From: Epithemia pelagica
Taxonomy: Eukaryota > Protista > Bacillariophyta
Direction: 5' to 3'
Assembly: GCA_946965045.2 (NCBI GenBank)
Contig: OX337233.1
Coordinates: 3,162,001-3,226,000 of the forward strand
Length of the DNA: 64,000 bases
Position 1 is the first letter of the stretch. Each line of letters begins with the position of its first letter. Under the pieces are notes generated by a model. That model was not told where the DNA came from. It ran no database searches and saw nothing but the letters and a program-made list of their open reading frames with translations. The position numbers and the translations under genes were made by a program. Shown one piece after another: positions 10,660 through 22,012 of the stretch.

Positions 10660-12460
10660 ATGTTACCTCGCAGCAAGCATGCATGGTCTCGATCGACGGT
10701 TGCTTCCTCCTCTCCATCTCGTCGACAACAGCTGCTGCAGCAAGGTCGCCGTGTTGTTCCAAAGAATGCTTCCAGCCATGCCTCGACTGGAAAAGTCAAG
10801 GTGATCCGACTTATTCAGAGTGTTGCGGTCGTACTCATTGTTTTGGCCTTTGCTGTTTGGATCTGGTTGGCGGTTTCCTTTTCTCAAGTCTCCTCGTCCA
10901 CGGTTGTAGACCTTGGTGTCGCACATTCCAATGCTGGTGGCAGCAGGAGCAAAACGGGTTGGACCCATGCCATTCGCCGCAACTGCACGGTCAGCACCAT
11001 TCCAGATTTTACCACGCGATTAACGGAACGACCCTGCAAACCCATTGTTGTCGCCTATGCCGTTTCTCTCATCAAGGTAAGCCCTCCAGTTGGATGTGCA
11101 GTGAAGGTTCTACACACCATGTCTTATACTCTCCTCCTGCATGCATCGCATGATAATAATCCTCCATTACTAAGATTAGTGTGGTGACTTTCAGTCGACA
11201 CCCGAAGGCTTGGTGGATGCGGCCTTGGTGATGCGGCATTCGATTCATCATACCAGTTCCCGGGTGGGTGCTTCGGACTATGACTACAAAATGTATGCCA
11301 TTGTCCATGCCGATGCTCAACCCTGTAGTCATATTCTCCAAGATGCTGGCTTTCACGTGTTGGTGCGACAACGACCCGTAGAACAAAGGGATATTCGAGG
11401 CTCCGTCTTGCGTGAGACGATTCACAAGGAATGGTGCTGTGGTCATGATGAATTCATCAAGCTGTATGCGTATACACTACCGGAACCAGTAGTGGTACAT
11501 GTGGATATTGACTTTGTCTTTCACAAACCAATGGATCATGTCTTTGATGCCTTGTTGTATCATAAGGACTCGGACATTGGAAGGGCCGCCCGGCAATCGA
11601 TTGAACTGGAACGGTCGACCGATGCTTGGCCCGATGAGCCGCAAGCATTCATGACTCGCGATTGGGGACAAGTCTATCCTGGACGACTGGCCGGTTTTCA
11701 AGCGGGCTTTATTGTTCTTCGATCGAATCCCAAAGTAATGGATGAACTGGTGGAAATCATCAAGGAAGGGCACTATGTCGATGGTTTCGGTCGCGACAAT
11801 GGGTGGGGTGGAAAAGGGTATGGTGGCTTTGTCGGTGCCAAGGCCATGCAAGGATTGATCGCGTACTATTACGATGTGGTGGCACCACATACGTGGGTAG
11901 AGTTGAATCAATGCCGATACAATCACATGGGCATGGATGTACGGTTCAACCCCGGTGGACCAGGGTATCGTCCCAAACACAAGGGGAAATGTCGGAATGG
12001 ACAAAACGACTGCGAAGATTGCATGCATACCAACGCGACGCGGTTGGTTTACAACATTCACTACACCCAATGTCGCAAACCGTGGATGTGTATTGGAGTG
12101 GGGGATTCCACACTCCAGGGCAAACGCAAAGTCACGCGCGACGAAAAGAATCTCATCCCACAAGGAAACGTTCATATCGAACACTGCTTTGAACTATTAC
12201 AGATTTGGCACACGTTTCGGACTCGATTGGAAGACGAACTGAACCGAACAATCCTCGAATCCCACCACCACAGCAGCAATGGGAGTGCAATGGAATCGAT
12301 CGTACCTGTCATTGAGAAAGCCCGACGTGGTTCCTTTAAGACAAGCGTGTTTCAAGGCCATTGCTTGCAGAATGGCGAGTACCTTCAATTGGCAGCGGGA
12401 CATAAGCAAACGCTTCGACGGATATCACAACTCTACGAGCAAGGAAGGTCGGATGAGTAG
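10660..12460 (+). CDS. GT8-like glycosyltransferase family A, copy 1; exons 10660-11076, 11180-12460
   Basis: N-terminal TM anchor; EFIKLYAY, VVHVDID (DxD), FQAGFIV, QGLIAYYY, IHYTQCRKPW (GT8 His/KPW). Intron 11077-11179 is at the same position (SLIK|C) as in the paralogs. Confidence 0.8.
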
Positions 12461-12851
12461 GCAGTTGTGTTGGACCGTGACGCACGTGAAAGACCCCCTT
12501 TCCTTCGACAGATCTACAGTGAGCACAGCCCAGAGCAATCCTGGTCTGGAAGTTGAATAATGATCGAAATATGTCAACCCGAAGCTTCAGCAACAACTCA
12601 TAGTAGAAAGCCGAGTTTACCGAAGTTTAAAGTGCTGGAAACGAAAGCCATTTCTGTGGTCGGTTTGGTAGATGCGACGTTACGAGGAATGTCAATGGGT
12701 ATCTATTGTCGCCGGCATCTCATCTATCATCACTGGTCTGGCATGTATCAATCATTCAAACTTGATACCTTGGATCATCAATTCCTTTTTCACCGACACG
12801 AAATGTAACTATGATTGGTCTCCAACTTGGATAACTATCCTCGTGCCATTT

Positions 12852-14408
12852 CTAATGCCCCTTCCACCTGCATTGATGCAACTGGCGCATGTGGGACGAT
12901 GAAAGGCGATGACAAAAATGGGCATGCTGATCGCAATAGGCGTCACCCGGACTGCTCTTGTTCTCACCAACACTGCGGAATGACACGTTGGACGATCGCT
13001 CTAGAATGTAATTGTAATCATTCGAGTTGCGGCATTGGCCTAAATGTCGAGCAGCAACCCCACGCAAAGGCCGCATGAGGGGTAAATATTGAGAATGATT
13101 GTATCCCTCCAAGCGATCGTGCAGAACCTTGGACACATTTGTCTTGTAAACAGATGGGAGTTTTGGTGAATTGCCATGACTTGAATGTCTTGCCATGTGA
13201 TAGTAATTGACCAAGTATCCCCACACCCAATCACTATGCAAACAAAACGACCTGTTGCCCCATTGTTTGACTTGTAAATACGGAGCGGCAACAGAATATT
13301 GATACATCATGTCCAACAAACTCATGCCCTGACGATATACCTCTCGTTCGCCAATGAGGTTTTTTTGCAGTCTCCAACACACCAATGCCTCAAAGTCATC
13401 GTGCTTGGAGAAAGGTGACCGCGATTCTCGAGGATCGGGATATGTCGTATCACTAGCAGAACAATCAAAGGGACGCAACAGATGAACCAAGGTGGAGCGA
13501 GTCAATACCAGACCGAAGCCACCAAACGGTAAGGTGATGAAATGATTCTTATCTGGCACAGACCGTATTAAGCACCCGGCAACAGCGCGAGGCTGGTTCG
13601 ATGGATACAGTTGAGGTAACGTTGATTTCAACGCATCAATGTTGATCCATGTGTCATCGTCGCCCAAAATAAGGTAGTCTGGAAGCAAAGATATATTCAG
13701 ATTCAATGAAGCCGAGAAATCTGCCGAGCTTTGGAGTTGTAGTCTATCTTGCTTGGATGCCGTCTCACTGTTGCGATTGTAGTATTTATGAGCAAAGTTT
13801 CGCAAAGCATTGAGGGGTCGTTTCTGAGCACAGATCCAGCCGGAAGGATTTCTCAGGAGCGGAGCAAAGTCCAGGGTGGCGAACATGTATCGGAGTCTTC
13901 GTAAGACCGGATACGGATGCTTCGAACGGCAACGCTGGACGATTGCTTGCACATGATCCCATGTCAATTGCTTGTAACAATCTTGTTCGACATCGTCGAC
14001 TTCCGTGGCGGCATAAAAATGACGGACATTTTTGCCAAAGGTTTCGTATTGTGCTTGTTGCAAGTCGGCTTGTGTGACACTCCCAATGCTGACCACATCA
14101 ATGATGACGGGTGAAGACGTGGAGAGTTTTGGGTTCTTTGTCTTTGTTGTCGTTTTGTTGTTAAAGGTGGGACTACGGTGGTAGTGTCGCTTCAAGATCC
14201 ACAGATTGGAGAGGTCATCATCACGAGGCAACGAGGGAAGAAGAGCATTCATCACCAACTGGTTCGTCAGCAAAAACAGAAAAACCATTCCCCAGAACAG
14301 CCGAAGGATCATGGGACATTGGGAATGGTTGTAATGGCGGACCATCACTCTGTTGCTTGTTTTTGAAGGAGCGGAAGAGGAATCACCACTTTCTCCTGGT
14401 ACGCCCAT
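12852..14408 (-). CDS. Fringe/GT31-like glycosyltransferase copy 1
   Basis: TM anchor; LPDYLILGDDDTWIN, PFGGFGLVLTR and HSDWVWGY parallel Fringe DDDxYVN / GGAGxxxSR / DDxxxG. First in-frame ATG at 14408. Confidence 0.7.
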   Translation of the reverse strand: MGVPGESGDSSSAPSKTSNRVMVRHYNHSQCPMILRLFWGMVFLFLLTNQLVMNALLPSLPRDDDLSNLWILKRHYHRSPTFNNKTTTKTKNPKLSTSSPVIIDVVSIGSVTQADLQQAQYETFGKNVRHFYAATEVDDVEQDCYKQLTWDHVQAIVQRCRSKHPYPVLRRLRYMFATLDFAPLLRNPSGWICAQKRPLNALRNFAHKYYNRNSETASKQDRLQLQSSADFSASLNLNISLLPDYLILGDDDTWINIDALKSTLPQLYPSNQPRAVAGCLIRSVPDKNHFITLPFGGFGLVLTRSTLVHLLRPFDCSASDTTYPDPRESRSPFSKHDDFEALVCWRLQKNLIGEREVYRQGMSLLDMMYQYSVAAPYLQVKQWGNRSFCLHSDWVWGYLVNYYHMARHSSHGNSPKLPSVYKTNVSKVLHDRLEGYNHSQYLPLMRPLRGVAARHLGQCRNSNDYNYILERSSNVSFRSVGENKSSPGDAYCDQHAHFCHRLSSSHMRQLHQCRWKGH

Positions 14409-14712
14409 GGCCCATGGTGGATAGTGCAAAGAGTCTTATGCGAGTATGGGATAGTGGTAGGGAATCTTGCGGGAGAGAAAAATCCCCCAGGGCCTATCAA
14501 AGAAGTTTTAATGATCGCCTTTCCGTCGCGCATTTATGCTTCCGAATCCGAATCTCTCGCCGAGGATAATAAAGGTGACGATACAATAACGCGATGGTTA
14601 CTCCTACGTACGTCTATAGACTTGACGCTTTTTGCCTATGCCAAAAGAGTCAAGCGGTTTAGTTCCATGTCGTCTTGTCCGATGGATATAACCACACTAC
14701 TATTCGAAAACT

Positions 14713-14791
14713 TCCAGCTGTCAAGATGCCATTTTCGACATCCCTTGCAGATCCAGCTGTCAAGATGCCATTTTCGACATCCCTTGCAGAT
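14713..14791. repeat. Perfect 39-bp tandem duplication spanning the stop codon of GT31-like copy 2
   Basis: TCCAGCTGTCAAGATGCCATTTTCGACATCCCTTGCAGA at 14713 and 14752. Confidence 0.95.
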
Positions 14792-16391
14792 GCAATTCAT
14801 GCAAGTGGCGCATATGTGTCGGTGAAATACGATGACAGAAGTGGGCATGTCGATCGCAATAAACATCGCCTGGACTGCTCTGGTTTCCACCATCACTCAG
14901 TGTCAGGTTGATGGCCCCCTTTTCACTGTCGTCATTGTAATCATTCGAGTTACGGCATTGGCCTAAATACCGAGAAGTTATCCGAGCATTGGGCCGTGGC
15001 AATGTCAAAAACTGAGAGTGATTGTAGCCTTCCATGCGATCGTGCAGCACCGAGCCGACCGTTTTGAAATTTCCCGGGAGTTTGGGTGAAGTGCCATGAC
15101 TGGAATGCCTCGCCATGTGATAATAATTGATCAAGTATCCCCACACCCAGTCACTGTGCAAACAAAAGGACTTGCTTCCCCATTGTTCCACTTGTAAGTA
15201 TGGAGCGGCCACAGAATATTGATACATCATATCCAACAGACTCATGCCCTGACGATAAACGTCTCGTTCGCCTATAAGGTTTTGCTGCAGTCTCCAACAC
15301 ACCAGTGCCTCAAAGTCATCGTGCTTGGAGAAGGGAGGCGTCGATTCGATAGGAGGGTCGTAATGGTTGGTGTTGTTGAAGGTGCAATCAATCGGACGCA
15401 ACAGATGAACCAAGGTGGAGCGAGTCAACACGAGACCAAACCCCCCAAACGGCAGGGTGAAATAATCCACAGCCAAGGGCTTGAACCGTACGAGGCATCC
15501 AGCGATAGCTCGTGGTTCCCGAGAGGGATACAGTTTGGGCAACGATGATTTTAACGCATCAATGTTGATCCATGTGTCATCGTCCCCCAAAATTAGGTAG
15601 TCTGGTAGCAAAGATGCATTAAAACGTAGTGAGGAGGATGAGTGTTGTTGTTGTATTGCCGCTGTTTTCGACCTTTTCTCGTTGTTGTGATAATAGTATT
15701 TACGGACGGCGTTTGTCAGGGCATTAAGAGGCCGTTTCTGTGCACAGATCCAGCCAGAGGGATTCTTTTCGAATGCAGGCATTTTGAAATAGGCATAGTT
15801 GTATCCGAGTTTGATTAAAAGCGCGTGTGATCCGAGTTTGGAATGACAACGCCTGAGGATGTACATAACTTGATATGATGTCAGTCGCTTGTGGCAATCT
15901 TGTTCGACATCGTCGGCTTCGGTGGCGGCATAAAAGTGTCGGACACGTTTCCCAAAGGTCTCGTTTTGTGCCGTTTGCAAGTCGGGTCTCGTGACACTCC
16001 CAATACTGATAAAATCAATGACAACCCCAGTGGATGAAGCAACTGGTGGAGGTTCATTCGTCGATGTTTCGTCCACAACTTTATTGTCTTGTAAGGCGGA
16101 TAAAATTGTTTGTGAATGTTCCATGGACGACGTGACAAAAGTACTGGTATGAACCTGGACGTATCCCTTCAGTTGGAACATGAGCACAAGAAGAATCCCC
16201 AGTCTCCATTGCCACCGGATTTCGAGTCTCAGGAGTAGTGACATGTTGAATGGTTGCCAAGCGCCATGATTATTGCTTGAGTTCACCATCGTGTATCTCG
16301 TATGGCGCATATGGTTCAAGGATCTGAGAACAAAATAAGGACATCGATGACTATGACTGGACCCTAACACTATTGCCGCGAGTGGCCCCAT
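14760..16391 (-). CDS. Fringe/GT31-like glycosyltransferase copy 2
   Basis: Same motifs as copy 1; intact 543-aa ORF. Confidence 0.7.
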   Translation of the reverse strand: MGPLAAIVLGSSHSHRCPYFVLRSLNHMRHTRYTMVNSSNNHGAWQPFNMSLLLRLEIRWQWRLGILLVLMFQLKGYVQVHTSTFVTSSMEHSQTILSALQDNKVVDETSTNEPPPVASSTGVVIDFISIGSVTRPDLQTAQNETFGKRVRHFYAATEADDVEQDCHKRLTSYQVMYILRRCHSKLGSHALLIKLGYNYAYFKMPAFEKNPSGWICAQKRPLNALTNAVRKYYYHNNEKRSKTAAIQQQHSSSSLRFNASLLPDYLILGDDDTWINIDALKSSLPKLYPSREPRAIAGCLVRFKPLAVDYFTLPFGGFGLVLTRSTLVHLLRPIDCTFNNTNHYDPPIESTPPFSKHDDFEALVCWRLQQNLIGERDVYRQGMSLLDMMYQYSVAAPYLQVEQWGSKSFCLHSDWVWGYLINYYHMARHSSHGTSPKLPGNFKTVGSVLHDRMEGYNHSQFLTLPRPNARITSRYLGQCRNSNDYNDDSEKGAINLTLSDGGNQSSPGDVYCDRHAHFCHRISPTHMRHLHELHLQGMSKMAS

Positions 16392-16848
16392 AGAGAGATA
16401 TGTAGAGACGTCCCTTAGATCCCTCTAGCTAGCTAGGTTAGTATTATATTAGGAGTAAAAGTCTGCGGGAGTACGTCTGTTTGACAGGTTTCTGTCTCTT
16501 TGATTCCAAAAGAGACATGTAGAGTCCCAAATACCGGCTTGTTGTTCAGGCCGGTGTATCCACTGATCAGACAAGCATGTCCTATAAATTCAGGTCTAGG
16601 TCAGCATCGTGTTAAATCTAGTCGGCCAATTTCATCATCAGCATCTGTGAGGAAGAGGTTGAAGTTCAGGTCCACTTGTCTGGTAATGTTGTCATAGGTC
16701 AGAAAAACGGCTCTCAGACAATGATTGGATATTCTTGGTCACTGGGAAGCTCGTGCATGATGTTTAGAGTTCTCAGGACTTTCCGCTCGGTCGTCCGGCA
16801 AGAAGAGAGAACCAGACCAATACGCGTACAGTCAGAACTTCCTTCTTC

Positions 16849-18296
16849 TTATTTCTGTAAGGAATGCAAGGAATGCAAATGGCGCATATGAGATGGTGAA
16901 ATGCGATGACAAAAATGGGCATGCTCATCACAATAGGCGTCACCCGGACTGCTATTTGCCGCAACATCAAGTTTCTGCCGGTTGAGCATGTGATTGTAAT
17001 CATTCGAGTTTTGGCATTGGCCTAAATATCGAGCAGATAGACAAGGATGTTTCTTCATCATGCGAAAATATTGAGAGTGATTGTAGCCTTCCATGCGGTT
17101 GTGCAGCACCGAGTGAAGCGAACTGAAATATCCTGGGAGTGACGGTGCATTGTTACGTTTGGAATGCCTTGCCATGTGGTAGTAGTTGATCAAGTATCCC
17201 CAAACCCAGTCGCTGTGGAAGCAAAAGGATCTATTACCCCAATGATCCACTTGTAGATACGGAGCGGCGATAGAATATTGATACATCATATTCAACAGAC
17301 TCACTCCCTGACGATAAACAGCTCGTTCTCCAATGAGGTTTTGCTGCAGTCTCCAACAGACCAACGCCTCAAAGTCATCTTTCTTGGAAAAAGGTGGCCA
17401 AGCTTCGGGAGGCCTCGTTGCGTGGTTTGTGTCCAACGGGCAATCAATGGGACGTTTTAGATTCAACAAAGTGGATCGAGTCAATACCAGACCAAAGCCA
17501 CCAAAAGGGAGGGAAAAATAATCATACTCAAGGGGCTGAAATCGTACTAAACATCCCGCAATAGCTCGAGCCTGGTGCGATGGATACAGTTTAGGCAACA
17601 TTGATTTCAAACCATGAATGTTAATCCACGTGTCATCATCCACCAAAATAAGGTAGTCTGGAAGCAAGGATGCGTTCAACCGGACTGACGAGGAGCTATA
17701 TGATGATTGTTGCGGACGGAGATCCACTGACTGCATTGGTGGCTGCTCATTGTTCTGATAGTAGTATTTATGCACTGCGTTCGTCAAAGCATTGAGCGGA
17801 CGTTTCTGTGCACAGATCCAGCCGGCAGGGTGTTTCCTGTTTTTAAACCAGTGTAGGAGGGCAAACTTTGGCCCAAGTATGTTGATAAGCGAATACTGAT
17901 TCTCGGAATGACAATGCTTGATAATGCTTTGTAGCTGCTCCCATGTCAATTGCTTGTAACAATCTTGTTCGACATCGTCAGCTTCGGTGGCGGCATAAAA
18001 ATGACGGACACTTTGCCCAAACGTCTCTTTTTGAGCCTCTTGTAGGAGACCTTTTGTGACACTCCCAACGCTGACAAAATCAATAACCACCCCATCAGGC
18101 GTCGTTGTGACAGTTGGACCTTGTGTTTCTTATCCAGGACATTTTTGGGGACGTCGAAGGTAGGCAAAGAAGAGGGTTCCACGTTGGGCGTTTGGAATAA
18201 AATACTCTTTTGCAGGAAAATGTAGCCACTTAAATGGGAAAGGGCACCAAGAAGAAAAAAGGTGGTTATCCAGTTCCATCTTCTTTTGAGCATCAT
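16849..18296 (-). pseudogene. Fringe/GT31-like copy 3 with apparent 1-nt frameshift near 18131
   Basis: The TM-anchor frame (MMLKRRWNWITTFFLLG, ATG 18296) differs from the catalytic frame, which has TAA at 18130-18132. One extra base restores LDKETQGPTV...VVIDF. May be an assembly error. Confidence 0.6.
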
Positions 18297-19592
18297 TCCT
18301 CCTAACCATGGTAACTCTGTGGTACGGACCATTGTCGTGTTGTCTTCGACGATTTGTGGCTTTGTGGCTGGACCCGACTTGGGCGCATTGTCCCAACACG
18401 AAGCGGCATCTTTTTAATGGAAACTTGAAACTTGTGACTGCACGAAAATGCTTTGGGTGTGCCCAGTCGCACGGGTACGGGGGTACACGCCCCCTTTTAG
18501 ATATATACTCTACTACTTGTTTCTTGTCTGTCGTGCGTACGTCGTGACGCGGCAGGAGTTCGGGAGCAGATGTTCGGACATTATATGGACGAGCACGCGC
18601 AGCGCGCGCACGCGGCCACGGCCAGCGCGCAACTTTGGTTGGAGCTGGATGTGAGAACATCAGCATCAGAGTCGAGCTCACAATCTTGGGATAGTGAGCA
18701 GAGACACGATCACTGCCGTCTCAAGTGGAGATCATCAGACTAGATAGTTCTAAGGATTCAAAAACTAGCCCCATACCCGCCCTTGGGAGCCATCTTGGTT
18801 CCGGGGCCTTTACGGCACACGCGTCTACTCCTAGCGTGCATGAACTTCTATGTGTGAGACCTGCACGACGACAGAGCGCCACGACAGCTGCAGGATGTGG
18901 TCGCTGGGTCATCCCCTCGAGATCGACGACTATGGAAGGCCTCTTCATCCTGCTCATAGGTTCCTCTTGGGCATCGGGGATACCTGCTCTGTGTTCCAAT
19001 GTCCGTTACACGTTCTCTACGCCATGTGCTAATCCTACCAACAATTAATAGGAGACCATTATATTTTGTTTCGGGAGCAGACGAGTCTATCACAACAAGC
19101 AGGGGGAACATAGGATCGTGTCTTTGTGCCAAACCCATCACGGGAGCTTGGCGATGTGCCCTATATTGGATGTTTGCTGTCATTCACGCTCTTTGCAGGG
19201 AGGATTTTCAAGTGTCCAAAAGTTTTATACTGCAACGGGCAAGAAGGGAAACAGCACTGGCATGGATAAAACTGGATATGCAATCTCTCTTGTCCGGTTC
19301 GACGAGCAATGGGTTGAATGTCATAGACTGTCGGGGATTCTCGAACCTCTAGGTAGCTCTCTCGAGTCGACCAGGTAGATTTGCCGATCTTCGGATTCCC
19401 ACATAGGAATGGTCGTACTTGCGATATTCGAGCGTCTTGGTCGTGACCCTTGTGGCCAACGTGGGTCGTTCCGATAAAGTTTTCTGTCTACCATCATCCC
19501 AGTGCCGGATAGAGTGTGAGGTGTGGTAGGCACGGCACTGCGTTCACAACATGTTCTGTTGTAATAGGTCATACTATATTCAATAAACCTTG

Positions 19593-21275
19593 TTACAAAT
19601 GGTGCGACTGTTGTTGCTGTTGCAATCGATGTAACTTGCGCATATGAGAGGGGGAAATGCGATGACAAAAATGGGCCTCTCGATGGCAATAGGCATCACC
19701 GGGACCAGCACTGGTCGTAGTATTGCGACTGCTGCTGCTCCTGGTCTTGGGAGTCCAACCCACTAGCAAATCTTGAAAATCGGTCGAATGACGGCATTGG
19801 CCCAAAAAGGGTTTTGTCAATCGCTCCTCGGTCCGGGGCAGATTCAAAAATTGCGAATCTTGATATCCTTCCATGCGATCGTGCAAAATGGTAGACCGGG
19901 TGGTCCGATTGTAAATTGCCGGCAGTGGGGGTGTATTCTTGTCCGTTGGATGCTGATAATGACGACTGGAATGGTCGGCCATGTGATAATAATTGAACAG
20001 GTATCCCCAGACCCAATCGCTGTGCAAACAAAAGGATTCTGTTTTGGGCCACTCAAAGACTTGTAAAAAGGGGGAGGCCACGGAATAGTCATACAAAATG
20101 TCCAACAAACTCGCGCCGGGCCGATAAAATTGCAGTTCGCCAATGAGATTTTGTTGCAATCGATAACACACGAGAGCTTCAAATTCGTCTTTCTGATTCT
20201 TGGTGGTAGTGGAAAAGGGCGGTAGGGCTTGCTTGGGTGGTGGATGGGTATAATTGGTATCGGACAAGGAACAGTGAATGGGACGTAGGAGATTGTACAG
20301 GGTCGGCCGTGTCACGACAATGCCATTGCCACCAAAGGGAAAGGTAAAGTCCTGGTGCGCGGGTCCCAATCGGACCAAACAGGCCGCCACGGCTCGTGCT
20401 TCCTGAAAGGGATAGCGTTGCCGCAGGGTGGATTGCACGGCGGGAAGATTGATCCACGTATCGTCGTCCCCCACCATCAAATAATCGGGCAAGGACGACA
20501 CATTCAACTGCAGACTGGACGTTGGCGACTGATGGGAGGATGATTGGGTGTTGTGGACGTCCGAATCGGAAGAAGAATAGTAGTATCGGTAGACCATGTT
20601 TCTCAAGGCTTGCAGGGGTCGTTTTTGAGCACACATCCACGCGGTGGGATGTTTCTTTTTTTCCAACCACTTGACTGCGGCATAGCGATGTTTGAGTAGT
20701 TTGAGAAAGGGATACCACTGTTTGAGATTGCCACATCGTTTGACAATGCGTTCGACATGGGTCCACGTCAAGTGCGTGTGGCAATCGCGTTCGACATCGT
20801 CGGCTTCCGTGGCGGCATAAAAATGACGAGCCTGTCGACCAAAGGTGTCGCGTTGTGCCTGTTGCAAGTCGGCTTGTCTGACACTCCCAATACTCAGGAT
20901 ATCCAGAATCAACGGTGGGTGGTGGTGACGTGTGGTGGTGGTGGTGGTCGTCGTCTGGTTCTTGTTTTGTATTCTCTTGTTGTTGTTGTGGTTGTGGTTG
21001 CGAGGACGGTGGTCCTCCTCCGTGTCATTTCGTTGTACCATCCACAGAGATTTGGACGACTCGAGTTGCCACGACGACGACAACGACGACAACGACGAGG
21101 GATCCTGGACGACGACTGTGTGTGCCAGCAATTGAATCAGTACCACAAAGAAAAGGGCCAATCCCCAAAACCATTGCAAGAGACGAGGACAATGAGTAGT
21201 ATTAGTATTATTGGTGACTGTGGTGGAAGATGGACATGGAGGATGGTATGAGTGGTAATACGAGTGCTTCTTCAT
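19593..21275 (-). CDS. Fringe/GT31-like glycosyltransferase copy 4
   Basis: Intact 560-aa ORF; LPDYLMVGDDDTWIN, PFGGNGIVVTR, HSDWVWGY. Confidence 0.7.
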   Translation of the reverse strand: MKKHSYYHSYHPPCPSSTTVTNNTNTTHCPRLLQWFWGLALFFVVLIQLLAHTVVVQDPSSLSSLSSSWQLESSKSLWMVQRNDTEEDHRPRNHNHNNNKRIQNKNQTTTTTTTTRHHHPPLILDILSIGSVRQADLQQAQRDTFGRQARHFYAATEADDVERDCHTHLTWTHVERIVKRCGNLKQWYPFLKLLKHRYAAVKWLEKKKHPTAWMCAQKRPLQALRNMVYRYYYSSSDSDVHNTQSSSHQSPTSSLQLNVSSLPDYLMVGDDDTWINLPAVQSTLRQRYPFQEARAVAACLVRLGPAHQDFTFPFGGNGIVVTRPTLYNLLRPIHCSLSDTNYTHPPPKQALPPFSTTTKNQKDEFEALVCYRLQQNLIGELQFYRPGASLLDILYDYSVASPFLQVFEWPKTESFCLHSDWVWGYLFNYYHMADHSSRHYQHPTDKNTPPLPAIYNRTTRSTILHDRMEGYQDSQFLNLPRTEERLTKPFLGQCRHSTDFQDLLVGWTPKTRSSSSRNTTTSAGPGDAYCHREAHFCHRISPSHMRKLHRLQQQQQSHHL

Positions 21276-21461
21276 GATGGATTCTTTTGGATGTTGATTC
21301 GTTTGCTTCTCTTCACCCCGTCATGATTCGATTTTTTTCCTCGGAACCAAATTTGTTTGGGTCATTGGTCATTGTGTTCAGAGAGACCCTTTTGCGCCCC
21401 TGCTCGGACGCACGCGAGTCCGTCGTCCGGCATGCGAAGGGATCGTTGTGAAGCGTTCCAT

Positions 21462-21500
<39 letters not shown>
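21462..21500. repeat. (GACA)n microsatellite (~10 units)
   Basis: Directly visible. Confidence 0.95.
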
Positions 21501-22012
21501 GGTATAGAACCAACCAAAGATCCAACGACATGCGGTGCGTCGCATCGCAGCGTTACGACAATCTTGACTTTGGAGTTTTATTGTTTCTTGAATGACTGGG
21601 GGATCGGTAGTATAAACACTGTGGAGGAAACTGTTGTACCATCGGACCACACACGCTCCTTCTGCACGCCCCTTCTTTGGTGCTTCCTCTCCTGCTTCTT
21701 TTTCTCTCGCTGTTTTCGTTCGTGTGGTCTTGCCTCCCGTCGATCGATCGATTCGTTATCCCAGAGTGGTGTTGATTCATTGCTTCGATATATATTCGAG
21801 GTGGAAGTATTAGTGGTGTCACTTTTGGATTGCACAGCCACCCGAACCAAACAAGAAACTCGTTCTGGACACACACAAGAGTCATCATCTCTCTTCATTG
21901 ATAGAGAGCCATTGCAACGAAACCAGTCGAGAAGGGCCACACACCCGTGAATGGAGTTTCTCCCACCACCACCACCACCACAGTGTCTCTCCAGTGTTTC
22001 CAAATTCCGAAT

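Noticed and set aside
18330-19590. Possible hidden gene or transposon in the 1.2-kb spacer
   Set aside because: Short ORFs have no recognisable motifs and no terminal repeats or TSD were found.
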